Positions 42,801 through 53,680 are shown, counted from the stretch's first letter. The stretch: 64,000 nt of DNA from Vibrio sp. (GCA_047975485.1 JBKEDP010000021.1:1292-65291), one strand, 5' to 3'. Made by a program: numbers and translations. Notes: generated from the sequence alone by a model not told the origin.

Positions 42801-42864
42801 TATGCATAGGAAATTGTATGGCTTTAAAAGCGATTTGTTTTTAATAAGCGAGCTGTTTTAGAAG

Positions 42865-43632
42865 CTATCTACCACTGAAAATCAAACTCGGTAGAACTAA
42901 CACAAACCACCAGCACATCGAAAGCAGCGAAGTGATCAGAATAAAGCTCGATACGTTGACGGAAAAATTAAACGCTGCCAGCATCCATTGTTGATGATGC
43001 AAATTAAAGTACAGTGATAATCCCCACAACACACCGAGCACCACTAATAACACAACTGAACCTTTTAGTGCGTTATGAAAGTCAGTTCGGCTTGGAATGC
43101 AATGAAAACAAATTAGCGAAGCTAGCAGCAAACTGATTGCCGAATTTTTATTACTAAGCGCATGAGAAATCAACACTTCACCAGATTGCAAACAATAACT
43201 AATCGCCGCCATGCTGATAGTTTGCACATTCGCCACATCGACATTAAGAACAAACTTAGGTAAATCCGGCATATCCATAAAGTGATAAAGCACAGTAATA
43301 CAAGCAAACGCTGCTGCTAGTGGTGCTAACGCAATAAAAATACAGCCTAAGGATTGATATAAGGAGCGAGTATTCCAGCTATGTTCAACATAACCTAAAC
43401 GTCCATCGTTACCCGCTTGAAACCAGCATACTTTATGAATTTGATGACGAAAAACTACCGCCATAATGGCATGAGACGCTTCATGAATAGGCGTACCAAT
43501 TAATGCGGACAAATAAAATAGAGGTTTTGAGACCGGACTCAGAAAAATTCTGGCGGAAAAAGCCCGCGTAAAACAATGATGGATCAAGATAACCACTGTC
43601 ACCACCGCAAAAAACAACCACAAGCCAATCAT
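42865..43632 (-). CDS. Membrane protein with HExxH motif (M50-like metalloprotease)
   Basis: GTPIHEASHA, GYVEH, IALAPL, PSRTD; several TM segments. Confidence 0.65.
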   Translation of the reverse strand: MIGLWLFFAVVTVVILIHHCFTRAFSARIFLSPVSKPLFYLSALIGTPIHEASHAIMAVVFRHQIHKVCWFQAGNDGRLGYVEHSWNTRSLYQSLGCIFIALAPLAAAFACITVLYHFMDMPDLPKFVLNVDVANVQTISMAAISYCLQSGEVLISHALSNKNSAISLLLASLICFHCIPSRTDFHNALKGSVVLLVVLGVLWGLSLYFNLHHQQWMLAAFNFSVNVSSFILITSLLSMCWWFVLVLPSLIFSGR

Positions 43633-43724
43633 AAGGATACATCTTTAAAATCAAAAAACGCATTCTATCTGAATTTACCGGCTTGTGGTTTCTAATCTAA
43701 CAAAAAGATTTCACCACCAATGAC

Positions 43725-43913
43725 TCAATCATCATCAACGTAAACATGCCCTTCCAAAGAATACGGCTCACTTTGCTGATCTTTCACTTGGCTTGATGTG
43801 CCACGAATTCTTTTCAATTGCTTTTCTAACTGTGAAGCTTGTTGATAATCACCTTCGGCGTAGGCTAGATAAATCTGATGTTCAAGATCATCAATTTTAC
43901 TTTGATATGTCAT
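43725..43913 (-). CDS. Small hypothetical protein
   Basis: 62 aa, AGGAGG RBS, plausible helical composition. Confidence 0.7.
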   Translation of the reverse strand: MTYQSKIDDLEHQIYLAYAEGDYQQASQLEKQLKRIRGTSSQVKDQQSEPYSLEGHVYVDDD

Positions 43914-44200
43914 GTTGACCTCCTATGTGATTAGGGTAAATGATGCCATCAACAAAACTCATACCTCTAACTCAGATTCAGAGGCTTTTCATTAGACTAG
44001 TTCAATGTGCTCCAGCTTGCAAAATCCACTAAGCAACCATGTTACACTTTCAATAACAAATAGCTTTGATTGTTATGAAAGTGTAAGATATAAAAACTAG
44101 AAAATGACAAAATTCATATTAAAAACAATACGTAATTTTTATTTATTTTTATGAATCATTGGTTTTATGCTTTGATTCTTTGCCGTAAAAATGGAATTTT

Positions 44201-45715
44201 ATGCCTAATACCATAGCACCTAAGACACTGAAATCAGTTCTAACTCTGTTTTTTATTCCACTACCGATTATTTTATTGGCGTCTTTCTATTTAAGCGAAA
44301 TCAGTATAAAGAAAGAGTTAGATGTAGTGGCGCATGCTTATGTCCATCAAATCGAAGAAATTGTCGACGAATTACGAGATGAAAACCTGCAAGCACTTTA
44401 CGATGCAACCAGTTGTCGACAGATTCAAGACGATCTCTTATTCGAACCATTTTTAAGAGAAGTGTTGATCGTCACAGATGGTCATGTCGAATGTTCGTCA
44501 CGTCGAGAAGCAAGTCAAATCAACTACAAGCACAAAACCTTTCCAGAATACCTATTCAAAACTGGCGAATACTTGTATGACGTCCCTTATTCAGACGAAA
44601 AACAAACCAGTTTACTCGTTGTTAACCAAGACAAAAATCGCCCAGATCGTGCTGCGATTTCGGTGATCGATAAAAACTATATCGATATTCGTCTTGGTCT
44701 AAAAGATGATGATCGCCTGTCCGACTCGCACCTTACCGTTTCAGGGGCAACGTATCCAAAAATAAACAGAGGTCATAACCATGATTACTCAGTTAGCGCC
44801 TACTCAAAATACTTAAATTTGCATATTACTGTCGAGCCAAGTCAACGCTTAAAACAAGAATACCGAGTTCTTTACCTTCTTACGGCTTTACCGATTTCGA
44901 TTTTGGTTTCGATCTTTATCTATTTGATTTCATTCTGGTATAAGACTAAAGGTTCATTATTGGAAGATCTCAAACGGGCGCTTAAAGAGGATGAGCTCTT
45001 TCTCCATTATCAACCTTTGGTCGATAGCAAAACGGGGAAAATTCAAGGTGTCGAAGCCTTAGTGCGCTGGGAACATCCAAGATACGGCTTCATTAGCCCT
45101 GATACTTTTATTCCAATTGCTGAAGATAACCGCCTCATCAATAAAGTCACAGACTATATTTTAGATAGAGCAGTGAGCGATTGGCAGAACGTAGACAAAA
45201 CGGACTTTAATGCTCGTTTGGAAATCAACATCAATGTACCTCCGTCTTATTTAAGCCAATCTAATTGCTTGTACAAACTTGATGAAATTCGTAAAAAACT
45301 ACGCAAATTGAAGTTAGACTTCGGGATTGAAATTACGGAAAGGCAAGCACTCCTCGAGCCTGAACGACGCTTATTAACCGATATTCAAAGCCTAGGGGTG
45401 AGCGTTTCCATTGATGACTTTGGTACCGGTCATACGTCCCTTTCCATTCTGCAAGATACCGACTTCGATTGTTTGAAAATCGATCGTTGCTTTGTAAACA
45501 CCATAGGCATAGAAGCCGTCAACTCCACCGTGTTATACAGCATCATTCAGTTGGCGCACAATATGAAGGTGGATATTGTGGCGGAAGGAATTGAAACTCA
45601 AGAGCAAGTGGATTTCTTAACTCACAATGGCGTACAACTGCTGCAAGGTTATTTCCTGTATAAACCAATGTCAGTGCGCAAAGTGGTACAAGCAGTATTG
45701 GAGCAAGAGCATTGA
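44201..45715 (+). CDS. CSS-motif sensor EAL-domain c-di-GMP phosphodiesterase
   Basis: Two TMs flanking a region with ECSS; YQP, EALVRW, EITE, DDFGTG, AEGIE, QGY. Confidence 0.9.
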   Translation: MPNTIAPKTLKSVLTLFFIPLPIILLASFYLSEISIKKELDVVAHAYVHQIEEIVDELRDENLQALYDATSCRQIQDDLLFEPFLREVLIVTDGHVECSSRREASQINYKHKTFPEYLFKTGEYLYDVPYSDEKQTSLLVVNQDKNRPDRAAISVIDKNYIDIRLGLKDDDRLSDSHLTVSGATYPKINRGHNHDYSVSAYSKYLNLHITVEPSQRLKQEYRVLYLLTALPISILVSIFIYLISFWYKTKGSLLEDLKRALKEDELFLHYQPLVDSKTGKIQGVEALVRWEHPRYGFISPDTFIPIAEDNRLINKVTDYILDRAVSDWQNVDKTDFNARLEININVPPSYLSQSNCLYKLDEIRKKLRKLKLDFGIEITERQALLEPERRLLTDIQSLGVSVSIDDFGTGHTSLSILQDTDFDCLKIDRCFVNTIGIEAVNSTVLYSIIQLAHNMKVDIVAEGIETQEQVDFLTHNGVQLLQGYFLYKPMSVRKVVQAVLEQEH

Positions 45716-45814
45716 GTTCGCTAATTAATAAAGGTTATTTAATAAAGAAAGATAACTACAATTCTACTGATTGAATATGTATAGTCTCTGCTTCACTATA
45801 TTCAAGGATGTAAA

Positions 45815-46600
45815 ATGGATATCTCTTTAGAAGTAATGGCATTGCTTGTCGGTGTAGCAGGACTTGCAGGTTTTATTGATGCCATGGCTGGCGGTGGTGG
45901 TTTACTCACCTTACCCGCTTTGCTTGCTGCTGGCATTCCCCCAACCAACGCACTCGCCACCAATAAACTACAAAGCTCATTTGGCAGCTTTTCCGCAAGT
46001 TTGTATTTTGTTCGTAGTGGTACGGTAAAACTCAAGTCTATGTGGTTGGCGATTGTTTGTACCTTTATCGGCTCAGCTGTGGGTGCAGAATCTGTTCAAC
46101 GCATTAATACCGATACTTTGATGAGTATTATCCCAATCATCTTAATTGCGATTTCTGGCTACTTTTTGTTTTCAAAATCCGCTACGCCTGCCCCTGATGA
46201 AAAACCTAAACTTTCAGAAGCCGCTTTTGCTTTTATCATTGGTACGAGCGTAGGTTTTTATGATGGTTTTTTAGGCCCAGGTACAGGCTCGATTTTTGCG
46301 GTGTGTTTTGTCGCAATTGGCCGCTTGAACTTAGTAGAAGCTACTGCACGCACAAAAGTTTTGAATTTCACGTCTAATATTGCTGCGCTTTCTTTCTTTA
46401 TTCTGGCTGGTTTACCGATTTGGAAATTGGGTTTAACCATGGCTGTCGGTAACTTCTTAGGCGCACGTTTAGGCGCTAAAGTGGTACTTGGCAATGGCGC
46501 AAAAGTAGTAAAACCTTTGGTGATCATTATGTCGATGGTAATGGCATCGAAACTACTTTGGGAACAGCACCAAGATTGGTTTACTGCATTTTTTAACTAA
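45815..46600 (+). CDS. TSUP (TauE/SafE, YfcA-like) transporter
   Basis: AGFIDAMAGGGGL, ALATNKLQ, GFYDGFLGPGTGS. Confidence 0.9.
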   Translation: MDISLEVMALLVGVAGLAGFIDAMAGGGGLLTLPALLAAGIPPTNALATNKLQSSFGSFSASLYFVRSGTVKLKSMWLAIVCTFIGSAVGAESVQRINTDTLMSIIPIILIAISGYFLFSKSATPAPDEKPKLSEAAFAFIIGTSVGFYDGFLGPGTGSIFAVCFVAIGRLNLVEATARTKVLNFTSNIAALSFFILAGLPIWKLGLTMAVGNFLGARLGAKVVLGNGAKVVKPLVIIMSMVMASKLLWEQHQDWFTAFFN

Positions 46601-46770
46601 ATTTTTTATTGATGTTATACCAATTCAATAATTTTGTAGTTATTGGAGTAGATATTGCGCCTCAGAGGTTGAGGCGTTTTTTCTGCTTAAATTTTGCTTT
46701 GTGAAGCGCAAAAAAATCCCCAATAGCGTTAACCATTGGGGATTCTTATATCTATCTAATTAACTGCTTA

Positions 46771-48765
46771 TTAGCGAGTTTTCAAGCTCGAAATAAAGTG
46801 CAATTCGTAAGACATCAAGCGGTTATTTACCACAAACTCATCGTGATTAGTTTGGAAATCACGGAATAAGAAATTACTGTACTTGATAAACAAGAAGTAG
46901 AACACTGACATCGGAATACCCGCTGCGTAGTGGCTTTCTACAATCTTCATACGGTAATGGTGCAAATCATCGTTCTCGCGCTTACAAGAATAGATCATTT
47001 GGAAGTAGTTACTGATCACATACCCAAGCTGAGTACGGTAAACCGTTAATACTTTCTCATTCAATTCACTTTGTAATAAGTGCTCTGCGTGAACAAAGTT
47101 CAGCTTCTCAGACATATCCAATTTGATTTCTTGCTCATGCTCAGAAATGTTGATGTCAAAGCTATCAAACTCTTCACAAATTGTGTCAATCTTATCAATC
47201 GACTTCTTATTCAATAGCAGTGCATCTGCTTCTTTGATTGCTTGAGAAAGCGTTTGATGGCTCTTAGCACCGAAGTTGACATAACCGCCACTCACAGTGA
47301 AGTTTGGAACCATGTTCGCTTTACAATCGTATGCCAGTTTCTGATTGAAACGATTCATAAAGGTATTTGGATCAAATTCCACTTTCGCATCGATGTAAAG
47401 CACAACCAGGAACTCATCACCACCCAAACGAACAATGTCATCAAACGGTTTACAAATATGCTTCGCCGCTTTTGAAATCAAGATAATTGCTTTATCACCG
47501 GTATCGTGACCATATTTATCGTTGATTTGCTTAAATTTATTCGCATCAATTGAGAAGATGTGAACCTTCTTATCGCTCGCAATTGCCTTTTCAACTTTCT
47601 TATGTACTTTCTGCTGTAAGCCGTGACGGTTATATACACCCGTTAGTGAATCGAAGAATTGCTTATCACTTTCGCGGATACCGTGCATCACTTGCTGCAA
47701 AATCAAGTAGCAGAAGAAGAACACAAGTAATGGAATGATATATAAGTATGGCTGCTCATCAAAAATCAGTTTAACCATTGAGCCAACCGGCAAATGCAAA
47801 TCGATAATGAAACGGCCAAATTCTGAAGTTTCACGATCTAAGAAGTCATTGCGGAAATCGAGCAACTTCTTACCAGTTAAGTCAGCTTTAGGGTCTTGGT
47901 TAAAGATAATCTTATTATTATTAAAAATAGTAATACGAGCGTAATCCATTAAACGGATATTATCATCACGCTGATTAAGCGCTTGGCTGATAAGTCTGCT
48001 TAAATCTTCTACAAGCACATCACGTGCTAAGAAGCCAATCACCTGATTATGATAATCTTTGATATTTTGCACGAAGGTCAATACAGGTTTCTTGGTTTGA
48101 ATATCAGTATAAGTTCCTGAAATCCAGTAATCATTTAAACCATCACCGTATTGCTCAAACTCAGTACGTACATGAGGAACAATATATTCATTGATTTTTG
48201 TGTCGGCAAAAGCACGGTTATACATGAACAAATAGTCGTTATTTTTCGCCACAAAGTAGAAAAGTGAATTCACTACTGGGTGTGGCTTAATCAAACGTAC
48301 AACTTCCGAGTTTTTGTTCGACGTGGTCAACACGGTACATAGCAAGTTTAATGCTTCAACTGAGTAGCGATGAATATCACCTTCACCCAATAGCACACCG
48401 TTGCGGCTATCTGAACCAGCCACTTCTTGCGCGGAACGATTGGTAAATACCGTATCATTATTGACAGTATCAATTTTAGCCAAACATCTTTTTACAAGCT
48501 CAGGTTGGCTTTGGCTAATTAAAAGCGGAATACCTGTTTCTTGAATAGTTTGCTGTAGAGTCGTATAACGAAGAAATTGAAATTGACTTTGAGTGTGTTC
48601 CGCTAAGGAATGTAATTCCATTACAGCACTCGGAAGGATATCGGTATTAATTCGTTCCTTTAAATTATTATATTCGTGATATGTGAATCCCATTGTCACT
48701 ACCACAGCTATTAATAGTCCTAATAGTATAGAACTTAACCGCATCATGCGTTCTCTTTGTAACAT
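46771..48765 (-). CDS. Membrane sensor diguanylate cyclase (periplasmic Cache-like region, GGDEF, C-terminal extension)
   Basis: Two TMs, WISGTYTD, DSLTGVYNR, FKQINDKYGH, RLGGDEF. Confidence 0.88.
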   Translation of the reverse strand: MLQRERMMRLSSILLGLLIAVVVTMGFTYHEYNNLKERINTDILPSAVMELHSLAEHTQSQFQFLRYTTLQQTIQETGIPLLISQSQPELVKRCLAKIDTVNNDTVFTNRSAQEVAGSDSRNGVLLGEGDIHRYSVEALNLLCTVLTTSNKNSEVVRLIKPHPVVNSLFYFVAKNNDYLFMYNRAFADTKINEYIVPHVRTEFEQYGDGLNDYWISGTYTDIQTKKPVLTFVQNIKDYHNQVIGFLARDVLVEDLSRLISQALNQRDDNIRLMDYARITIFNNNKIIFNQDPKADLTGKKLLDFRNDFLDRETSEFGRFIIDLHLPVGSMVKLIFDEQPYLYIIPLLVFFFCYLILQQVMHGIRESDKQFFDSLTGVYNRHGLQQKVHKKVEKAIASDKKVHIFSIDANKFKQINDKYGHDTGDKAIILISKAAKHICKPFDDIVRLGGDEFLVVLYIDAKVEFDPNTFMNRFNQKLAYDCKANMVPNFTVSGGYVNFGAKSHQTLSQAIKEADALLLNKKSIDKIDTICEEFDSFDINISEHEQEIKLDMSEKLNFVHAEHLLQSELNEKVLTVYRTQLGYVISNYFQMIYSCKRENDDLHHYRMKIVESHYAAGIPMSVFYFLFIKYSNFLFRDFQTNHDEFVVNNRLMSYELHFISSLKTR

Positions 48766-49075
48766 GCTCTAAACACCTTAATACAAGCAAAAAATCACCA
48801 CTTCTTGCCAATGCAATCCTTAGCAATTGTTAAGAAGTTGTCTTTATTTTCATATAATGAAATGTCTAAGCAATCATACTCTTGAGCACGCTATATTCCC
48901 ATTAGGAAAATGTAAGAAATATCCTAATTCTTGCGCTATCGCAAAATAAAGCACCATCTTTATTAGCTTTATAAATAGTTACCACCGAATAAGCTGTAAT
49001 TTCAATAATCATTAACCAGCGAACAACCAATAATAAAATTGAATTGCATTCACTGGCTATCTATTATTTAACTAT

Positions 49076-49771
49076 TTATTTACTTTTGGATATCTCTTCA
49101 ATTAAATCAATATTATTCGCATTTAATAATGATTCTAATTTTGGCAATAAGCTGCCTAAATTTTCTTCTAATGTATCTCGAATAGTATCAACATAAACCT
49201 GAGTACTTCGTTCTATTTCGATATTCAATTGAGAACCATTTTGTTTGAGTTCGAATGTTGTCATACGGCGAGTTTCAGGAATAAGCCAAACATCAAACCA
49301 ACCTTCCTTTTTATTCACATCAGCAATGGTTAAACTGGCACCATTGATCGCAATATAACCTTTCGGGAAGATATAACGTCGCCATTGCGGTTCGACGCCA
49401 ATTCGAATGCGGTAGTTCGCTTCAATTTGCTGAACATCAAGCACGGTTGCACAAAAATCCACATGACCAGAAAGTGGATGACCACCAATTTCAGCACCAT
49501 CTTTTGCAGCGCGTTCAACGTTCACTTTATCGCCTTGTTTAAAACGACTGAGCGTGGTGATTTCCAAACTTTTGAACATGACATCAAACTTTAATGTGTG
49601 AGTGTTTACTATCTCTGTAACGGTTAAACACACTCCATCGACGGCAACACTTGCACCAATTTCAATACCGTCACAAAAGCCTGGTGGAAAATCAATGGTA
49701 AAACAACGAATGCCTTGAGCATCAGTCACTTCTTCTAAAGTCGCTACGGCTTGTATTATTCCTGTGAACAT
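49076..49771 (-). CDS. ribC: Riboflavin synthase (alpha chain; RibC/RibE nomenclature)
   Basis: MFTGII, GASVAVDGVCLTV, VNVERA, GGHPLSGHVD, NIEIE. Confidence 0.88.
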   Translation of the reverse strand: MFTGIIQAVATLEEVTDAQGIRCFTIDFPPGFCDGIEIGASVAVDGVCLTVTEIVNTHTLKFDVMFKSLEITTLSRFKQGDKVNVERAAKDGAEIGGHPLSGHVDFCATVLDVQQIEANYRIRIGVEPQWRRYIFPKGYIAINGASLTIADVNKKEGWFDVWLIPETRRMTTFELKQNGSQLNIEIERSTQVYVDTIRDTLEENLGSLLPKLESLLNANNIDLIEEISKSK

Positions 49772-49816
49772 TTTGCTTATTCCTACGTTCTCTAACGTTT
49801 TGAGTTCTGGTTATTT

Positions 49817-49957
49817 AATGCCCTAAGTAATTAGAGCTAAAGCGAGGCAACAAACGCACTCACCCCATGAATATAACGCACCTACAACTTCTTTTTAAAA
49901 GAAATAGGGGGATAAGTGAGCGCAGTCAACAAAGCTACAGCGCCAGTGCGACGGTAT
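49817..49957. repeat. Degenerate ERIC-like intergenic element
   Basis: ATGCCCTAAGTAATT...AGGCAACAA...CCCCATGA...GGGG...AGTGAGCGCAGTCAAC...GACGGTAT follows the remembered ERIC consensus pattern. Confidence 0.55.
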
Positions 49958-50590
49958 TTAGTTTTGCCCGTAAGTATCTAAGTACAAGATTGTCGCAGCG
50001 GTACGAGATGCCACATTAAGCTTTTTCAGCAAGCTTTTCATGTGAACTTTCACGGTCGATTCGGAAATAAATAAGGTATCGGCAATTTGTTTGTTACGGA
50101 AACCTTTCGCTACTTCTTGCAAGATTTGCATTTCACGGTCGGTCAATTGATTCAGTAAATTGTCGTTTTCGTCGCGGTTTTCTAAATGCTGTTGCACTAA
50201 CTTGCTATAAACCGGTTCACCGTGCTGTGATTGTTTTAATAGCTCAAGCAACTCATCAGGCTCACTATCCTTTAGCAAGTAACCATCAGCTTGCGCTTTC
50301 ACTAACGCATCAATATCAGCAGGGTTATCTGAAACTGTCAGGATAATGATCTGGCTATCAATGCCTTCTTTACGCATGGCTTTTAATGTATCTAAGCCCG
50401 ACATACCTTTCATATTTAAATCGAGCAAAATTAAATCAGGTTCAAGCTCGTTCGCTAATGCAATCGCATCGACACCATTACTGGCTTCACCGACCACTTG
50501 AAAGCAATCTTCTAAACCAAGCAATTGACCGATACCACGGCGCATAAGCGGGTGATCATCCACTAATAAAACTTTCGACACTGTATTCAT
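49958..50590 (-). CDS. narL: Nitrate/nitrite response regulator (NarL/NarP type)
   Basis: VDDHPLMRRG, LLDLNMKGMSG, LuxR HTH LTDRE...ISESTVKVH; adjacent to narQ and nap. Confidence 0.85.
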   Translation of the reverse strand: MNTVSKVLLVDDHPLMRRGIGQLLGLEDCFQVVGEASNGVDAIALANELEPDLILLDLNMKGMSGLDTLKAMRKEGIDSQIIILTVSDNPADIDALVKAQADGYLLKDSEPDELLELLKQSQHGEPVYSKLVQQHLENRDENDNLLNQLTDREMQILQEVAKGFRNKQIADTLFISESTVKVHMKSLLKKLNVASRTAATILYLDTYGQN

Positions 50591-50635
50591 GTTTTACCTT
50601 TGTATTCTTCGTTTTTGTTATTGTTTTTAATCTTG

Positions 50636-52363
50636 TTATTCGGATGCCAATCTAAAATGAATTTGGCTACCTTGACCTAATGTAGAATCAATAGAACATT
50701 GCCCACCCAAACGAGAAGCACGTTCTTGCATAATAGTAATGCCATAGTGATGAAGCTTAGGTTTATTCACATCAAAACCTACGCCATCATCTTCAATGCA
50801 AACGTGAATCACCTCATCTTCTTGATAGCAATTGACACTAATGTTTTCCGCTTGAGAATGTTTTACCGCATTTAGCACGGCTTCACGAATAAATTGCAGT
50901 AAGTGTACTTGCTGTTGAGCATCCAGATCCAATGACATCAATCTATTGTTTACTTTCAATTGTGCCGTTGTTTGACTTTGCAATGGTTGCAACAGCTGTT
51001 TCAAGGCCTCACCAAAATTCGCTTCTTCTATTTTTAAACGGAAGGTACTTAAAAGCTCTCGCAATTGGGTATAAGCTTGCACCAATCCTTCGTCCAATTC
51101 TTTAATAATTTCAGTAGCTTTACTACAACGTTGCTGACACATTTGGTTATTCACATTGCGTTTTAATAAAGCGACTTGGATTTTGAGATAAGACAAAGAT
51201 TGCGCCAGAGAATCATGTAATTCACGTGCAATGGTGGCACGTTCTTGCATTAAGATCAGTTGCTCAGTTTGTTTTAAGTTATGATTAAACGCCAAAGCAC
51301 GAGACATGATGTGCCCTAAACTTTCCATAAATTGGCGCTCAAACTCTACATCACTTTGTTGCCATTCCAATTGTCCAAGCAACATGTCCCCTTCTTCTAA
51401 GGCTACTGAATGCCAAGCCAAGCCTCGTTGTGCTTCACCAGCAACCAATTCAATTTGACCGCCTTCTTTTTCATCAATCGACAAACGACAAATTTGTACA
51501 CCTTCAATTTGACTCACTTGTTCCAAGATAGATTCAAAATCGTGAATAGATAAGCGCGAAGTGGATAAGGCTTCTGATGATTCATACAAGATTTTTAGCG
51601 AATCATTAGCTTGTTGCAATTCTTGTGTTTTCCGATTAACCGCAAGTTCTAATCCTTGATACAGATCTGCCAATTGCTTTGCCATTGATTGATAGGAGTG
51701 ACCGAGTACGTCCAATTCCGTATCGCTGTTTAAACTTAAATAAATATCAAAGTTTTTATTTTGAATTGATTCACTGGCGGCAATGAATTCTTCCAATGGT
51801 TTCACAATTCGATTGCGAGCAAAACGGACGATCAAAATAGTGATCACAAAAATCATAAACAAACAGATACCACCAGCCATGGCAAACATGCGAAGTTTGT
51901 TCTCAGAGAATCGCTGTAAGTCATAAACAAAATGATCGATCTGTGCCACCAAACCTTGCACTTGCTCAAGGTAATTTTCCGTGTTGCCGGAAATCACATC
52001 TGAAGAAAGCGTTTTCCAACGAGTGACGATATCTTGATATTGAAATTGAATTCTTTCAGGCACAACAAAAGCACTTAAGCTTTGCATGGCAGGAGAGGTT
52101 AATGACTGCTCAAACAACTCTATGTGGGTATTAATTTCGGTTGAATGGCTTTGAATATCATAAGCGAGACGATAACTCTGCATTCGTAAAGAACCGGCTA
52201 CGTTGATCGCCTCGGCATCTTTTAAACTATAAGTAATGGTAAAGATTGCTACGAAAATTGTCGCTAAAGCCAAGATTAAAATCGATGTTAATCCTTTAGC
52301 AATGGTGGTAGCAATCGGCTTTTTTGGTAAAGAAGATAGCTCCAAATTTGAATATACAGTCAC
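50636..52363 (-). CDS. narQ: Nitrate/nitrite sensor kinase
   Basis: P-box DAEAINVAGSLRMQSYRL, HAMP, ERATIARELHDSLAQ. Confidence 0.9.
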   Translation of the reverse strand: MTVYSNLELSSLPKKPIATTIAKGLTSILILALATIFVAIFTITYSLKDAEAINVAGSLRMQSYRLAYDIQSHSTEINTHIELFEQSLTSPAMQSLSAFVVPERIQFQYQDIVTRWKTLSSDVISGNTENYLEQVQGLVAQIDHFVYDLQRFSENKLRMFAMAGGICLFMIFVITILIVRFARNRIVKPLEEFIAASESIQNKNFDIYLSLNSDTELDVLGHSYQSMAKQLADLYQGLELAVNRKTQELQQANDSLKILYESSEALSTSRLSIHDFESILEQVSQIEGVQICRLSIDEKEGGQIELVAGEAQRGLAWHSVALEEGDMLLGQLEWQQSDVEFERQFMESLGHIMSRALAFNHNLKQTEQLILMQERATIARELHDSLAQSLSYLKIQVALLKRNVNNQMCQQRCSKATEIIKELDEGLVQAYTQLRELLSTFRLKIEEANFGEALKQLLQPLQSQTTAQLKVNNRLMSLDLDAQQQVHLLQFIREAVLNAVKHSQAENISVNCYQEDEVIHVCIEDDGVGFDVNKPKLHHYGITIMQERASRLGGQCSIDSTLGQGSQIHFRLASE

Positions 52364-52498
52364 ACTTAACCCAATTTTTTATCCATAAAAATTTTTTGTA
52401 CCTTACCACTAAAGTGACATCTTTTTTGCTTTTCAATTAACAATTTTTTGATTTTAGTTTGACCATTCAAAATCTGTGAACCTTATCTAGCTTAAAAA

Positions 52499-52542
52499 TT
52501 GATCTAAAACAATTTTTACCCTCAATTACCCCTTTCTGGGTA
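52499..52542 (+). promoter_or_regulatory. FNR-like box and NarL/NarP 7-2-7 site upstream of napF
   Basis: TTGATCTAAAACAA (52499-52512); TACCCCT-TT-CTGGGTA (52527-52542). Confidence 0.65.
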
Positions 52543-52678
52543 TTTCAGCTTTACCTGTAAAAACTACAATTTTACATGGGTTAATAAATGGTTAATGCAT
52601 AGCGCTTTGTTAAAAAACATCTATGCGTTTTAAACAAAATTTATCAATTAAACGTTACGTATTTCAGCAGGTAATGAC

Positions 52679-53188
52679 GTGTCAAATTCTCAAGTCAACA
52701 TTTCACGACGTCAACTTTTTACTCGCCGAAAAGACAGCGATAAACCTAATCTGCCTTGGGTAAAAGATCACCTGTTTACGGATTTATGTACTCAATGTGG
52801 AAAGTGTGTTGAAGCGTGCCCAGAGAAAATCATTCAGCCTTCGGATGGTGGTTTTCCTAGAGTGGATTTCAACTTAGGCGAATGCACGTTTTGTTATCAA
52901 TGTGCTGAAACTTGCCCTGAAAGCATTTCTTTTAATGGTTCAACAGCTTTATTTAACCCAAAAACAGAAAAACCTTGGCAAGCAAAAGCAGTGATTTCAG
53001 AACAATGCCTTGCCCAACAAAATGTCGATTGCCGCAGTTGTGGTGACAGTTGTGAACCTTTCGCTATTCGCTTTAAGTTGGCGGTCGGTTCGGTAGCTCA
53101 ACCACAAATCGACACCAATCTTTGTAATGGTTGCGGTGCTTGTGTTTCGGTTTGTCCGACTCAAGCGATTAACGTGAAACTGATTTAA
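52679..53188 (+). CDS. napF: Ferredoxin-type protein
   Basis: SRRQLF, LPW, four CxxCxxCxxxC clusters. Confidence 0.93.
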   Translation: MSNSQVNISRRQLFTRRKDSDKPNLPWVKDHLFTDLCTQCGKCVEACPEKIIQPSDGGFPRVDFNLGECTFCYQCAETCPESISFNGSTALFNPKTEKPWQAKAVISEQCLAQQNVDCRSCGDSCEPFAIRFKLAVGSVAQPQIDTNLCNGCGACVSVCPTQAINVKLI

Positions 53189-53224
53189 TTACCTAAACAA
53201 AATCAATAACAAACGAGACCTTAA

Positions 53225-53509
53225 ATGTCACTGAATGAAGTTCATATCTCAAGTTTAGTTGTGCATGTGGTGCCGCAGTATCTCGCTTCCATCAAGAAAA
53301 CGATTGAAAGCTATGAAGGCGCAGAGATCTATGGAGAAAGTGAAGAAGGCAAATTGGTGGTGGTGATTGAAACCGAAAACCAAGGTTACATCACGGATAC
53401 CATCGATGCGATTAACCAACTCGACCACGTATTAAGTACCGCATTAGTTTTTCATCAAATCGAGCATGATTTAGAAAATCTAGATAAAGAGCTCGAAACC
53501 AAGATCTGA
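53225..53509 (+). CDS. napD: NapA signal-peptide chaperone
   Basis: HISSLVV, GKLVVVIE, LVFHQ. Confidence 0.93.
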   Translation: MSLNEVHISSLVVHVVPQYLASIKKTIESYEGAEIYGESEEGKLVVVIETENQGYITDTIDAINQLDHVLSTALVFHQIEHDLENLDKELETKI

Positions 53510-53680
53510 TGAACGACGAGCTCTGATGAACGAATAGCTCTGTTTAAGAAAAAGCTCAAAGAAACCAATTTACTTAATTAACTGTTTTTAACGGAATAAA
53601 TATAAAAACCGGACCAATATGCTAACAAAAATCGCAAGTTGGAAAGGAAACACTGGATCAAAGTCCTATAAGGGTGATGT

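Noticed and set aside
49772..49957. FMN riboswitch upstream of riboflavin synthase
   Set aside because: No RFN consensus (AGGGCGGGGTG...CCGAC) on the minus strand; the region fits a decayed ERIC-like repeat better
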